A stretch of 63,491 nt of DNA, the filler included, from Thraustochytrium aureum (lineage: Eukaryota), in assembly GCA_012862495.1 (NCBI GenBank). It is 7 parts of 5 records of this genome, joined end to end, with 100 filler letters (N's around TTAATTAATTAA, not from the genome) between each part and the next. Parts side by side here need not be neighbours in the genome. Positions count along the whole stretch, not along the records: positions 29,160 to 47,077 come from BLSG01000296.1; positions 47,178 to 54,504 come from BLSG01000299.1; 5 more parts are not named here. One strand, 5' to 3'. Shown here piece after piece: positions 38,768 to 49,343 of the stretch (its first letter is position 1; each line of letters opens with the position of its first letter). The translations under genes and the position numbers were made by a program. The notes under the pieces are model-generated. The model was not told the DNA's origin, did not search any database, and saw only the letters and a program-made list of their open reading frames with translations.

Positions 38768-39965
38768 CTACTTGCTGTTGCGCTTCTCGAGAGAGAAGCA
38801 GCGGATGCCCAGGTGACGCGTAATCGCGATGGTGACGTTGACGACGAAGTGCGCAAACTGAAACACGATCGCCGCTCCGTAAACGACAAAGAGGCCGAGG
38901 ACGAGGCCCCGTCTCCCAGCCCTGCAGAGACTCGCCCTCTGCCGGCTGCAGCGCCAAGATGAGCCCCGTCAGGAGAGGCGCTGGGAACAGGATCTTGTGC
39001 ACGATTGGAAACTCGAGGAGGCACACGGACGCCACGATGATCCGGTTCGCAAGGTGAGAGAGGAGGACGCCTTGCACGACGATGAGCGGCACGGGGTGCT
39101 CGGCAAACACCTCCTTCCCCGGCGAGACCAAGCACGTGGTGATCTGGAGGCCCTGCTGGAGAACAAGGGGCGCGGTGAGCAGCAAAGCGCGCGCAAAGTT
39201 GGTGCCGGACCGAGCCACCGAGACCACCGTCGAGGCGCCGAGCATGAACGGAAAGAAGCCGCCGATGAACACCGAGGCGACGCGCAGCTCGAGGCCGGAA
39301 ACGAGCGGGGGCAGGGGCAGGGCGGCGAGCCCGACGAGCGTCAAGAGCTCGGCGACCGTCATCTTCCAGAAGGCCGAGCCGAGCACAGCGGTTGCGAGGT
39401 TGAGCGACATGGACAGGTACTGTCCTTCCGTGACGCCAAAGTTGCCCACCTGGGCGCGGAGCACGTGCACGTGGTTCTCTTCCCATTGGCACAGGTAAAA
39501 CGGAATCTGGACCGTTCCTAGGATGGCGATCGTGTGCACGGAGCCGCCAAAGCCCATCAGACTGCAGAGGCCGATTGCGATAAAGGTGGTCCCAAGCGCG
39601 TCGCAGCCGTGGTCGAAGAGTTGGCCGAGCGGCGAGGAGGAGCCGGTGCGGCGCGCTTGCTTGCCGTCCACGGCGTCCATGGTCTGGTACACGAAGAGGC
39701 ACCACGCGTTGACGAGATAGACCCAGGCGGGCGATTTGCCTTCGAGACCAGAGTCGTAGACCTCGGCCAGGAAGGCGATCACAAATAAATGGAACGTGCC
39801 GATGAGCGTCACTAGGTTTGGCGCCATGGAGCGCGGCAGCTGCTCGGCGCACCAGAACCAAAAGTTGTTGAGCTGGAGGTCGAGCCACGAGTACTCACCG
39901 GACTTGTACTTGTAGTTTCGCAGGGCGTCGAGCCCGGACCTCGGGATGTAGTCATGGGCCAGCAT
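38768..39965 (-). CDS. Choline/ethanolamine phosphotransferase (CEPT/AAPT, CDP-alcohol phosphatidyltransferase); one extra base at 38907-38910
   Basis: YKYKSG, MAPNLVTLIG and YQTMDAVDGKQARRTGSSSPLGQLFDHGCDA. The corrected C-terminus ...VNVTIAITRHLGIRCFSLEKRNSK* matches the family end. Confidence 0.95.
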
Positions 39966-41167
39966 TCTCCTCGTCCGCAGCGCAGTCCGCAGCGCGGNNN
40001 NNNNNNNNNNNNNNNNNNNNNNNNNNNNNNNNNNNNNNNNNNNNNNNNNNNNNNNNNNNNNNNNNNNNNNNNNNNNNNNNNNNNNNNNNNNNNNNNNNNN
40101 NNNNNNNNNNNNNNNNNNNNNNNNNNNNNNNNNNNNNNNNNNNNNNNNNNNNNNNNNNNNNNNNNNNNNNNNNNNNNNNNNNNNNNNNNNNNNNNNNNNN
40201 NNNNNNNNNNNNNNNNNNNNNNNNNNNNNNNNNNNNNNNNNNNNNNNNNNNNNNNNNNNNNNNNNNNNNNNNNNNNNNNNNNNNNNNNNNNNNNNNNNNN
40301 NNNNNNNNNNNNNNNNNNNNNNNNNNNNNNNNNNNNNNNNNNNNNNNNNNNNNNNNNNNNNNNNNNNNNNNNNNNNNNNNNNNNNNNNNNNNNNNNNNNN
40401 NNNNNNNNNNNNNNNNNNNNNNNNNNNNNNNNNNNNNNNNNNNNNNNNNNNNNNNNNNNNNNNNNNNNNNNNNNNNNNNNNNNNNNNNNNNNNNNNNNNN
40501 NNNNNNNNNNNTCAGACGCAGGTCTGAGATTCGTTGTGCGCGGGAGAGCCTGAGAGGCGTGAGCGAGGCAGTAGACTTGGCAAAACGCTGAGAAGGCCGT
40601 CATGGACTTCGCACTGGGACTGGACGCACTCTTGAGCGATGCCGGACCGTGGAGAGGGGACTCGGAGAGGGCAAACCGAAAAGGTCCCCTTCACTTCCAA
40701 ACAAAGCGGCGGTTAAAGCTGCCAGCGGAAAGGTAACCCATAGGTAAAGCGGGTGGGTTGGCGCGCTTTAACTCCTCGATTGCCTTCGCAAGGTACAAAA
40801 TCAGGCTTCCGAGCCAACCTACAGACGGGCAAAACCGCTCCCTTCGCGAGACTAATGAGCTGCAAAACAAGGAATAAGGTATGTTGGAGGTGCGGCACAT
40901 GTAGGATTGGGCGACAAAAGCGCCCTTGGGCTGCGGTGATTTCGGACATTCGACCAAATTCGACTCTGCACTCGCTCGCTGTTGACGTACTCTTCAGACA
41001 GACACCCACCTACTTGCACGAGTGCGCACGAGCACCGCCAGCCAGCCAGCCAGCCAGCCTGCCAGACAGCCAGCGAGCTTGCCAGACAGCGGCTCCCCGG
41101 CGGCAGCAGCGGTGCAAGCAGCAGCAGCGGCGGGCGCGGAGCGGTTGTGCGGCAAGGGGCAGCAAGG

Positions 41168-41382
41168 ATGTCGTACGGCGGACGCGGCGACCTCAAGTCG
41201 ATGACGGAGGAGGTGCGCCAGCTCGAGAAGGAGCTCAAGCTCATTCAGAGCGGCCAGGGGACGAAGGAGAGGACCGCGGAGCTGATCAAGTTTATCAAGG
41301 AAACGAGAGCTTTGACCCGCTGGTCGTCCGGGCCAACACGGTCTTCACCCAGATGAAGTCATCAGGGCGTGTTTGCTGTTAG
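41168..41382 (+). CDS. Heterotrimeric G-protein gamma subunit candidate (71 aa after adding one A at 41301-41303)
   Basis: MSYGGRGDLKSMTEEVRQLEKELKL...ELIKFIKE|NESFDPLVVRANTVFTQMKSSGRVCC*. It has the N-terminal coiled coil, DPL motif, NxF and terminal cysteines expected of a G-gamma. Confidence 0.72.
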
Positions 41383-41576
41383 TCGCGTCGGAGCCCAGCC
41401 GCGACCTCGCGGCCCCTGCTGCAATGACCCGCGCGCAGCGCGCGCTAAGCTATATCTGTCTACATCTCTGGGCACCGACCCGATCGCAAAATAAAATTAT
41501 CGCTGTTTACCCGCGTGCGCAGCGCGGCGCCCAACCCCGCGGAGTGCGCGGCGGCCGGCGCCGGCTCGCAGAGTCT

Positions 41577-41939
41577 TCAGATGGACACGGCAGCCCCGCC
41601 GTCGGCAGCCCGGGCCGGCGCCAGCCCAACTTGGCGGTGCTGCATGCAAGAGCTGCAAACGCGCTGCTCACCCTGGAAGCCGAGGCACCGAGCCCGCGCC
41701 TCACTGCCTGCCGCCTCGCGCCAGCCGCCGTCAGTCTGGCCCATAGCTAGCTAGCAACGCCCGCCCCCCGCACGGCAAAACTTACAAGCAGAGCAAACCA
41801 GCGCGCCGCACGAGCGGCAATGGTGGCGCCAGCTGAAGGCCCCAAACGCGGCCTCGCAAAGCAAGCAGCTCGTTGAGAACGAGTCCGGAACCCAGAACGC
41901 GCCCCGAAGCTGCATTTCCTGCAGCGAGGGTGGCCTTGG
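41577..41939 (-). CDS. FYVE zinc-finger protein, 5' end lost in a gap; intron at 41708-41785
   Basis: WVPD...CLLCEAAFGAFSWRHHCRSCGALVCSA|CSEARARCLGFQGEQRVCSSC. The 78-nt intron reads GTAAGT...CTGAC...CAG, and splicing completes all eight cysteines. Confidence 0.9.
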
Positions 41940-42500
41940 NNNNNNNNNNNNNNNNNNNNNNNNNNNNNNNNNNNNNNNNNNNNNNNNNNNNNNNNNNNNN
42001 NNNNNNNNNNNNNNNNNNNNNNNNNNNNNNNNNNNNNNNNNNNNNNNNNNNNNNNNNNNNNNNNNNNNNNNNNNNNNNNNNNNNNNNNNNNNNNNNNNNN
42101 NNNNNNNNNNNNNNNNNNNNNNNNNNNNNNNNNNNNNNNNNNNNNNNNNNNNNNNNNNNNNNNNNNNNNNNNNNNNNNNNNNNNNNNNNNNNNNNNNNNN
42201 NNNNNNNNNNNNNNNNNNNNNNNNNNNNNNNNNNNNNNNNNNNNNNNNNNNNNNNNNNNNNNNNNNNNNNNNNNNNNNNNNNNNNNNNNNNNNNNNNNNN
42301 NNNNNNNNNNNNNNNNNNNNNNNNNNNNNNNNNNNNNNNNNNNNNNNNNNNNNNNNNNNNNNNNNNNNNNNNNNNNNNNNNNNNNNNNNNNNNNNNNNNN
42401 NNNNNNNNNNNNNNNNNNNNNNNNNNNNNNNNNNNNNNNNNNNNNNNNNNNNNNNNNNNNNNNNNNNNNNNNNNNNNNNNNNNNNNNNNNNNNNNNNNNN

Positions 42501-44672
42501 GCGGAGGGCGAGACGCCTGCATGCGACCGGATCCCTTCTGCAAAGACTTTCGCGAAGCCCGAGCCGGAGCCCGTTTCGCTCGACACACGCCCAACGGCCG
42601 ACGCTTCCTTCGCGCAGCGGAATGCGTACAACCGGGTTTTGGACCAGCTTGTGCATCGCCGCGAGCGCCAACGGAGCTTGCGTGCGCCCACGTCGAGACG
42701 GGCTTCAGAGAGTGGGCGCTCGCGACGGGACAATCGAACGTTGCGCGCTCGTGCCTTGGAGTTCGACGACGCTGAGGACCCCCTGCTTGGGTTTTTGAGA
42801 GCCGAGGAGTCGGCCGTCGCCAGCACGATGCTGCCAGATCTTGTGCGGGTGCCATGGAGCGCGTGGAGCCGTTCTTGTTTCTGCTGGTAAGTGACCTCGT
42901 TGCCTGAGTGCATCGTGCCTACGGCGTCCTGGGCTGGAGGCAAGCAAGGGCCCTCACTGACTTGCGCGTCGCGCTGCAGTTTGACGCCGACCTGATGCAA
43001 GAGCTGGCTCGCCGGCTCCTCGGCCTTCTTGGGGTCAGGTTTCCTTTCCGCGCGTTGAAGCGGCGGACGCTTCCGTTTGCTCAGCCGGACAACGACGTCG
43101 GCCTCGACCCGGACCTGGAGGACAGGTTCCCTCACCTAGTGGGGTCTGGGCCGCTCGCGACGGCTACCTTTCTTCCTTGCGCGTTTGCCTCGCGCTCTGC
43201 GCAAGAAAATGTTTCGGGCGCGTTGTACCGGTGCTTGGATCTTCTCGCCGAGGCCGTCGAGCTGAAAGTTGCCATTGTCCTCTGGCATGCCAATCAAGCG
43301 CTTTTTCGCGCTGCGGCTCGGTCAGGCCAACCCGACACCAAGGTGGAATTTGAGCCTGACGCAGACCTGGCTTCGTTGGCCGCTGCTCGCGCAGCCTGCG
43401 ACTGGTTTCTCGCGTCGGCAAAAGGTGCCCAGGAAGTTGCTACGTTCGAGAGCCTCCGAGTACAGCTATCCGCGGCTCCTGGCCAAAGTGCTTGCGTCGC
43501 GAGCGGCGTATCTCTTGGCACAGCGCACGATCAAGAGCGTCGCCTCGTCGCCTCCATCTCGTGCCTCGCGGGCGGCCTGGTAACGAAGGAGACGGTGTCA
43601 CGCGCAATTGGAATCCACCGTACGAAAATGCTGGCGCGCCTTCACAGCCTGCCTTGGCCGAGCTGCGCTCGTCGCTCAAAGAGAGGTGCAAAACTGAGCT
43701 CACTGCGCTTCGAGCCAGGAGCAAACGGGTTGCACAGGCGGGCGCCAGCGAGCAGGCCCTGCTCCAGCCCGGAGCTCGAATGCCAGCTCTAGCGGTTGCT
43801 GTGGGGGTCTACGCAATCACTGAGCTGGCACTTGAGGGTCTGCCACGAGCCTGCCAAGTCATCGCAAGCGCATGCTCAACCTTGGCGACTTGGCAGAGGC
43901 TGGCCAAAAGCCAGTCGACAACTTCGCTTCATGGTGGTGTCGGCGACAGAGATGCGGACAAGGCCGGTTGGCCCGCTGAGGCAACGACGGCCTGGCTTGC
44001 GCTGCACCACCTCCACGTGTACATACTAAGAACTGCCATGAAGGGCGGCGGGCAGCCTTGGCTGCGCAAGCAGCTGCTGGCCGCGCTCATGGAAGCCCTG
44101 TTGCCCTTTCCGGCGGACCCTTTGTTCGTGCGCGTGTTTCTCTCGGTGTGCGAGCAACTCCCGCAACACGCTTTGGAGCAGTCCCTCGCCTCGCTCGAGA
44201 GGGCCCGCGGGCTCTCCGAAGCTCACGAGCGGCTGGCGCTGCAGGTCGAGCACATTCGTGTGGACAAGGTCTTTCGCAGGCACGAAGCTACCGCGGCCGA
44301 GGCAGTTGCCGTCTGTGCAGGATTCACAAGCAGCTCGACGCCGACGCCGGCACGCGTCGCGGACAAGCGCTTTCGAAGGTTCGCAAAATCGGCAAGCTGT
44401 GTCAGCGCACTGCGCGCTCGCCTACGCGCCGCGCTGTCCGAGTATCCGTACTCTGTAGTGCTTCACCAGATGCTTGCTCGATTGTTGCTGTGCTGCGGCG
44501 ACCCCAGCGAGGCCTGTGCCGAGCTCTTTTCAGCGACGAAAGAGCGCCCACTCTGCAAGGACCTTTGGGTGTACGCACTGCGAACCTCGAGGCCGTTTCT
44601 TGCCGCCGAAGGCAACGAGTCGGCGCGGCGCGCCTTTGAGGAGATGGAGGCGCTCGGCGTGACCTTTGAGCT
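42501..44672 (+). CDS. NRDE2-like HAT/TPR protein, both ends in gaps; intron 42887-42979; apparent frameshifts at ~42852 and ~43626
   Basis: Reconstructed DLVRVPMERVEPFLFLL|FDADLMQELARRLLGLLGV, EALLPFPADPLF and C-terminal ELFSATKERPLCKDLWVYAL...EEMEALGV resemble NRDE2 motifs. The intron reads GTAAGT...CACTGAC...CTGCAG (93 nt). Confidence 0.65.
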
Positions 44673-44987
44673 NNNNNNNNNNNNNNNNNNNNNNNNNNNN
44701 NNNNNNNNNNNNNNNNNNNNNNNNNNNNNNNNNNNNNNNNNNNNNNNNNNNNNNNNNNNNNNNNNNNNNNNNNNNNNNNNNNNNNNNNNNNNNNNNNNNN
44801 NNNNNNNNNNNNNNNNNNNNNNNNNNNNNNNNNNNNNNNNNNNNNNNNNNNNNNNNNNNNNNNNNNNNNNNNNNNNNNNNNNNNNNNNNNNNNNNNNNNN
44901 NNNNNNNNNNNNNNNNNNNNNNNNNNNNNNNNNNNNNNNNNNNNNNNNNNNNNNNNNNNNNNNNNNNNNNNNNNNNNNNNNNNNNNN

Positions 44988-46736
44988 CGCTGCTGTCACC
45001 CTGCGCGCTGAGAGCGGAGCCGAGGAGCTCCAAAGCGCTCGCGGTTTTCACGCTCTTCGGGCCGTTGAGCGCCTTGGACATTTCCAGCGCGCGCGCGGCG
45101 CTCAGTACCGCTTCGGAGCCCTCTCCGAGCTCGACCTGCATGGCGGCTATGCTGCGCAGCGTCGCGGCAACCTCGGGATGCTCCTGCCCAAACACTCGCT
45201 CCTTGGCCGGCAGAAGGCTGACTCTGTACAGGATCAGCGCGCGGCGCTTGCCGCCGGCTTGCTCGTAGAGCTGGCCGAGTCGCCCAAGAGCGTCGATGGC
45301 GAGCAAGTCGCGCGCTGCGCGCTCCTCGTCAGGGGCAGGTTCAGCGGAAGCGAGGCCCGCCTGAGCCCGCTCGAGGAGCTGTATCGCTGCTGCGCTGTCC
45401 CCGAGCTCTGCGCAGTGGGCCGCGAGCGTCGAGCACGCGTCGCAAGTCTGGAAAGAGGTTTCGCCGGAACTGTGCGCGCTCAGGTCCACGACCTTTTCAA
45501 CGACTTGCCTGGCGAGGCCTCGCTCGTCCGCGTAGTTCGCGGCGAGGTCTGCGACTTTGAGGCCAAAGGCCACAGCCCGCTCTGCGGCAGCGCGCGAGGC
45601 AGGGTCAAGCGGCGCTGGAATGTTTGGGGCCATACCGCTCTCTGCGCCAGCTTCCGCTTCTGCAGCGCGCTTGGGAACCTTGATTGCGAGGCGCTCGAAG
45701 GCGACGGCGCCTTTCCCTGCGAGCCACTGTGCCAAGACGCGGCGTGCAAACGAATCGACCTTGTCTGCGCTGGCGCGGCCGGCGGCGCGCACGAGCGCGA
45801 GAATCGCCTCTTCCGCGGCTTCGTTTCCGGCGAGTTCTGCGTCCTCGTGCGAAGACGCGCTGCAGGTGGACGGCCACTTGGACGTGCGCGAGGAATCGAG
45901 GGAGACTGAGACGACCCAAGCGCGAATCTGGTCGAAGAGGCCAACGACGCTCGCCAGGACGTCGCTTTGCTTAGCCGGCGAGAGGCAAACCGTCGGATTT
46001 CGGCTCTCATGAAGCGCCCACAACCCGCCTACGGAGAGGGCGCTCGGCAAAGAACCGTACGAGTCGAGGAAGACCACGACGCCTTGAAAAGACGAGCGGA
46101 AAAGCGAGGGGATTTCGCTTGCCCAGGCTGTCGCCACATCTTGGGCCTTTCTCGGGCCGCGCGGCGAGGCTAAAACCTCGAGCCAGACCAGGGCGTTGTC
46201 CCCTCAGGGAGCTCTGCGAGGGCCTCGACGANNNNNNNNNNNNNNNNNNNNNNNNNNNNNNNNNNNNNNNNNNNNNNNNNNNNNNNNNNNNNNNNNNNNN
46301 NNNNNNNNNNNNNNNNNNNNNNNNNNNNNNNNNNNNNNNNNNNNNNNNNNNNNNNNNNNNNNNNNNNNNNNNNNNNNNCATCCTGCAACGTCCACTGGTC
46401 GCGCTGCTTGACGCGCATGGCTTTCGCCGGGACGCTCGACCGACGGCCTCCCTTCTTGCAAGCTTTCCAGGTCGGGTACGTCGCCGAATCGACGATATGC
46501 AGCGTCTCGCCGCGCGCAAAGCTCAGCTCAAACAACTTCTTGGCCACCTTGTCCTCCGCCGCAACGGCGAGCGTGACGCCCGGGGCAGCCTCTTCTCTCG
46601 CGACCTTAGCCGCCAGCTCCCTCAGCCACCGCACGCTCACGCCCGCCGCGCTCACGCGCCCAGCATCGGCTGGGAGCTCGTCTTTGCGTCGCGCGAGCCT
46701 CGCAAAGCGTCCAAAACTTGCCGTTGAGGAGGCCAT
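44988..46736 (-). CDS. TPR protein (kinesin-light-chain-type repeats) with an N-terminal HET-like domain and an embedded SH3-like segment; gapped, apparent frameshift at ~46192
   Basis: TPR: KERVFGQEHPEVAATLRSIAAMQVELGE...ALEMSKALNGPKSVKTASALELLG. N-terminal GVSVRWLREL...LVWLEVLA...VVVFLDSYGSLPSALSVGGLWAL. SH3-like ELSFARGETLHIVDS..WKA...GRRSSVP. Confidence 0.7.
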
Positions 46737-47177
46737 CCCCGACCTCGCCCGTCAGCTCTGCCAGCCCGTCGCCGCCGTCCTCCACGGCGCAGCGGCGCGC
46801 CCAGTGTCCTGCGCGGGATGTCTAGCGCCACGCAGGCGGCTCTGGCGCGGTGCAGCGGCGGCACGGGCGAAAGGGGCCTGCTTGCCTATGCTCGCGACAC
46901 GTTGGCGCTTTTACGAGTCTGCACCGACCACAGAGCAGTCTCGCGCGCGAACCAACGCGGACGAGGCTGTCTGGCGCGGCTGAGCAGGCGCGGCACGAGT
47001 TGCGGGCGCTTGAGGCGAGGTCTGCGGTCGCGTTTCCTGAGCTGGAGGTTTTTGCAGTCCACAGGCAAGATGGTCCCNNNNNNNNNNNNNNNNNNNNNNN
47101 NNNNNNNNNNNNNNNNNNNNNTTAATTAATTAANNNNNNNNNNNNNNNNNNNNNNNNNNNNNNNNNNNNNNNNNNNN

Positions 47178-47663
47178 TTTTTGTCGCGCGACCCCCACAG
47201 CCAGATCAAGGCGGGCCTCTCCGTGCTTTACCCAGACTCGTTTCTCGACGAGCTCGCCTTCAACGAGGAAAAGCAGGAGCACGAGCCCAACTTTCGCCGG
47301 TTCCGGCGGGCGCTCATCCGCCGCGGCAAACAGGCTCAGGCGGACGGCTCGCCGGCCACGCAGCTCTCGACGATCTTCAAGCAGATTCTTGCGGTGGCCA
47401 CCCACCGCGTCCCGCACTCCTCTTTGGTTCGCTTGCGGCACCACTTTCGCGACGCCGTCCTCGTCGTGACAGGGGACCAGGACATTCTTGTGCACGCCGC
47501 AAACTCGCAGGTGCTGCGCGATGGCCTCGACGGCCGCCTCATCACGCTCGAGAGCGCTGGGCATGGCGCGAACGAGCAACACGCCGACGAGGTCAACAAG
47601 CACCTGATGCACAACATTCTGCTTGGCGACAGCCTTTATGGAACTCACCCAGCGCGGCTTTGA
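47178..47663 (+). CDS. Alpha/beta hydrolase, C-terminal fragment
   Basis: VLVVTGDQDILV...LITLESAGHGANEQHADEVNKHL carries the catalytic Asp and His motifs. The 5' end lies beyond the scaffold edge. Confidence 0.85.
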   Translation, partial: FLSRDPHSQIKAGLSVLYPDSFLDELAFNEEKQEHEPNFRRFRRALIRRGKQAQADGSPATQLSTIFKQILAVATHRVPHSSLVRLRHHFRDAVLVVTGDQDILVHAANSQVLRDGLDGRLITLESAGHGANEQHADEVNKHLMHNILLGDSLYGTHPARL

Positions 47664-47811
47664 GCGCTGCAAGGAGAGGCGTGCAACGGCCAACACGAAT
47701 TTGAGCCGAGGTAGAGAAACCAAAGCACAGCTCGAGTCGTACAACGCGCTCACAAAATAGCAAGCTGGCATGGCCAGGTTTCCTCTTGTTCTCTCTGCTG
47801 GACTAGTTGGT

Positions 47812-48408
47812 CTAGATCTCGCACGGCAAGCGGTCGTGCGCGCCGAGCGGGTCGTCCTGAAAGACCCCGTGCGCAAAGCGGGCCAAATCCACTACTTGCT
47901 CGCTGGAGACGGGCCCAAACAGGGCAAAGTCGCTCTGGTACCCGGGCCGGTCCAGCAACACAGGCGAGCCGTTCGCAAGAAGCATCGTCGCAGGGAAGCA
48001 GGCCAGGTCGACGTTTTCCACGAGCCGGCTGCACCGCAGGACTTGCTCGATGTCAAAGCGCGCCTCGCAGACAGCTGTGACTCGAGCGACCTTCGTCAAG
48101 TCTTTGGCGGTACGCTCGAGATGGTGCAAAACGCCTCGGCAAACGGGATCTTCCAGCTCCAGAAAGCAGACCACTTCAAGTTGGAGCTCCGCTTCCAAGG
48201 CCCCTTCTTTGCATTCGTGCGGTTCCGCGTCGGCCTCCGCACTGGGCCGTTCGTCGTCGACGCTCGCGCTGCTGCAATCTACGCCGCGCTCGCGTTGGCC
48301 GTCCAGCGCGTGCGGCATGGCTGCCCAGTCAGCCGCCGAGGGCGACTCCCGGCTGGCCATAGAATCGACCCATTCGCAGAGCGTCTTGCGCACCACGCAC
48401 GCCTCCAT
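47812..48408 (-). CDS. Hypothetical protein, possibly a thioredoxin/phosducin-like fold
   Basis: VVCFLELEDPVCRGVLHHLERTAK...RFDIEQV...NVDLACFPATMLLANG resembles a non-catalytic thioredoxin fold. Weak call. Confidence 0.45.
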   Translation of the reverse strand: MEACVVRKTLCEWVDSMASRESPSAADWAAMPHALDGQRERGVDCSSASVDDERPSAEADAEPHECKEGALEAELQLEVVCFLELEDPVCRGVLHHLERTAKDLTKVARVTAVCEARFDIEQVLRCSRLVENVDLACFPATMLLANGSPVLLDRPGYQSDFALFGPVSSEQVVDLARFAHGVFQDDPLGAHDRLPCEI

Positions 48409-49343
48409 TGCGCCTCGCCGGGCGGCCTGTCCTCGCGACTGGGGCGAACACAACGTGCCGTTTCTTCCCTCCCCGTCGCGATTCCAAGGCTGAGCCTGCA
48501 GCCGCCTCGCCCACACGAAAAGAGCAGCAGTTGCTGGACTGCCCCCTCCGCACGCTCTGACCTATCCATCTATTCTATATTCTTGGAAGATGCGAGCTCG
48601 CACGTGGGCGGCAGCCCGCCTGGCTTAGAGTTGCGGCGGCCCACGAGCAACAAGTCGCACGGCCTTGCCTTCTTGCAAAAGAAATCAANNNNNNNNNNNN
48701 NNNNNNNNNNNNNNNNNNNNNNNNNNNNNNNNNNNNNNNNNNNNNNNNNNNNNNNNNNNNNNNNNNNNNNNNNNNNNNNNNNNNNNNNNNNNNNNNNNNN
48801 NNNNNNNNNNNNNNNNNNNNNNNNNNNNNNNNNNNNNNNNNNNNNNNNNNNNNNNNNNNNNNNNNNNNNNNNNNNNNNNNNNNNNNNNNNNNNNNNNNNN
48901 NNNNNNNNNNNNNNNNNNNNNNNNNNNNNNNNNNNNNCCTTCTTGCAAAAGAAATCAAGCAGAAATCTGCAAGACGAGCCGGCGCTCTCACCACTCAGCC
49001 AGCCACTGGAAACAGGGACGGGGCGCGATGGCGCGGCGATGCCTGGTCGGTCCGCTGCCGCCGTGGAATCGAGCAAGGCAAGCAAGGCCAAGAGTACCGG
49101 TAAGACCGTTACGAACTTGCCCCGCAAATCCATTCTTGTTTGGTTTCTGGCTCGGGTGCGGCGGCGCGCCAGAGCGCAATCGGACGCGAACGAACGAACG
49201 ACCGCAGGCACGCACGCGGAGCAGCACTATAGGGGAAGAAGACCCGAGTGGGCGGGCCGGGCCGGCTGCCGCCCGCGCGGCTCTCGGGCCGAGCTGGGCG
49301 TTCTGTGGACGCAAGCGGCCCGGCGGCCCGACGAGACGCGAAA

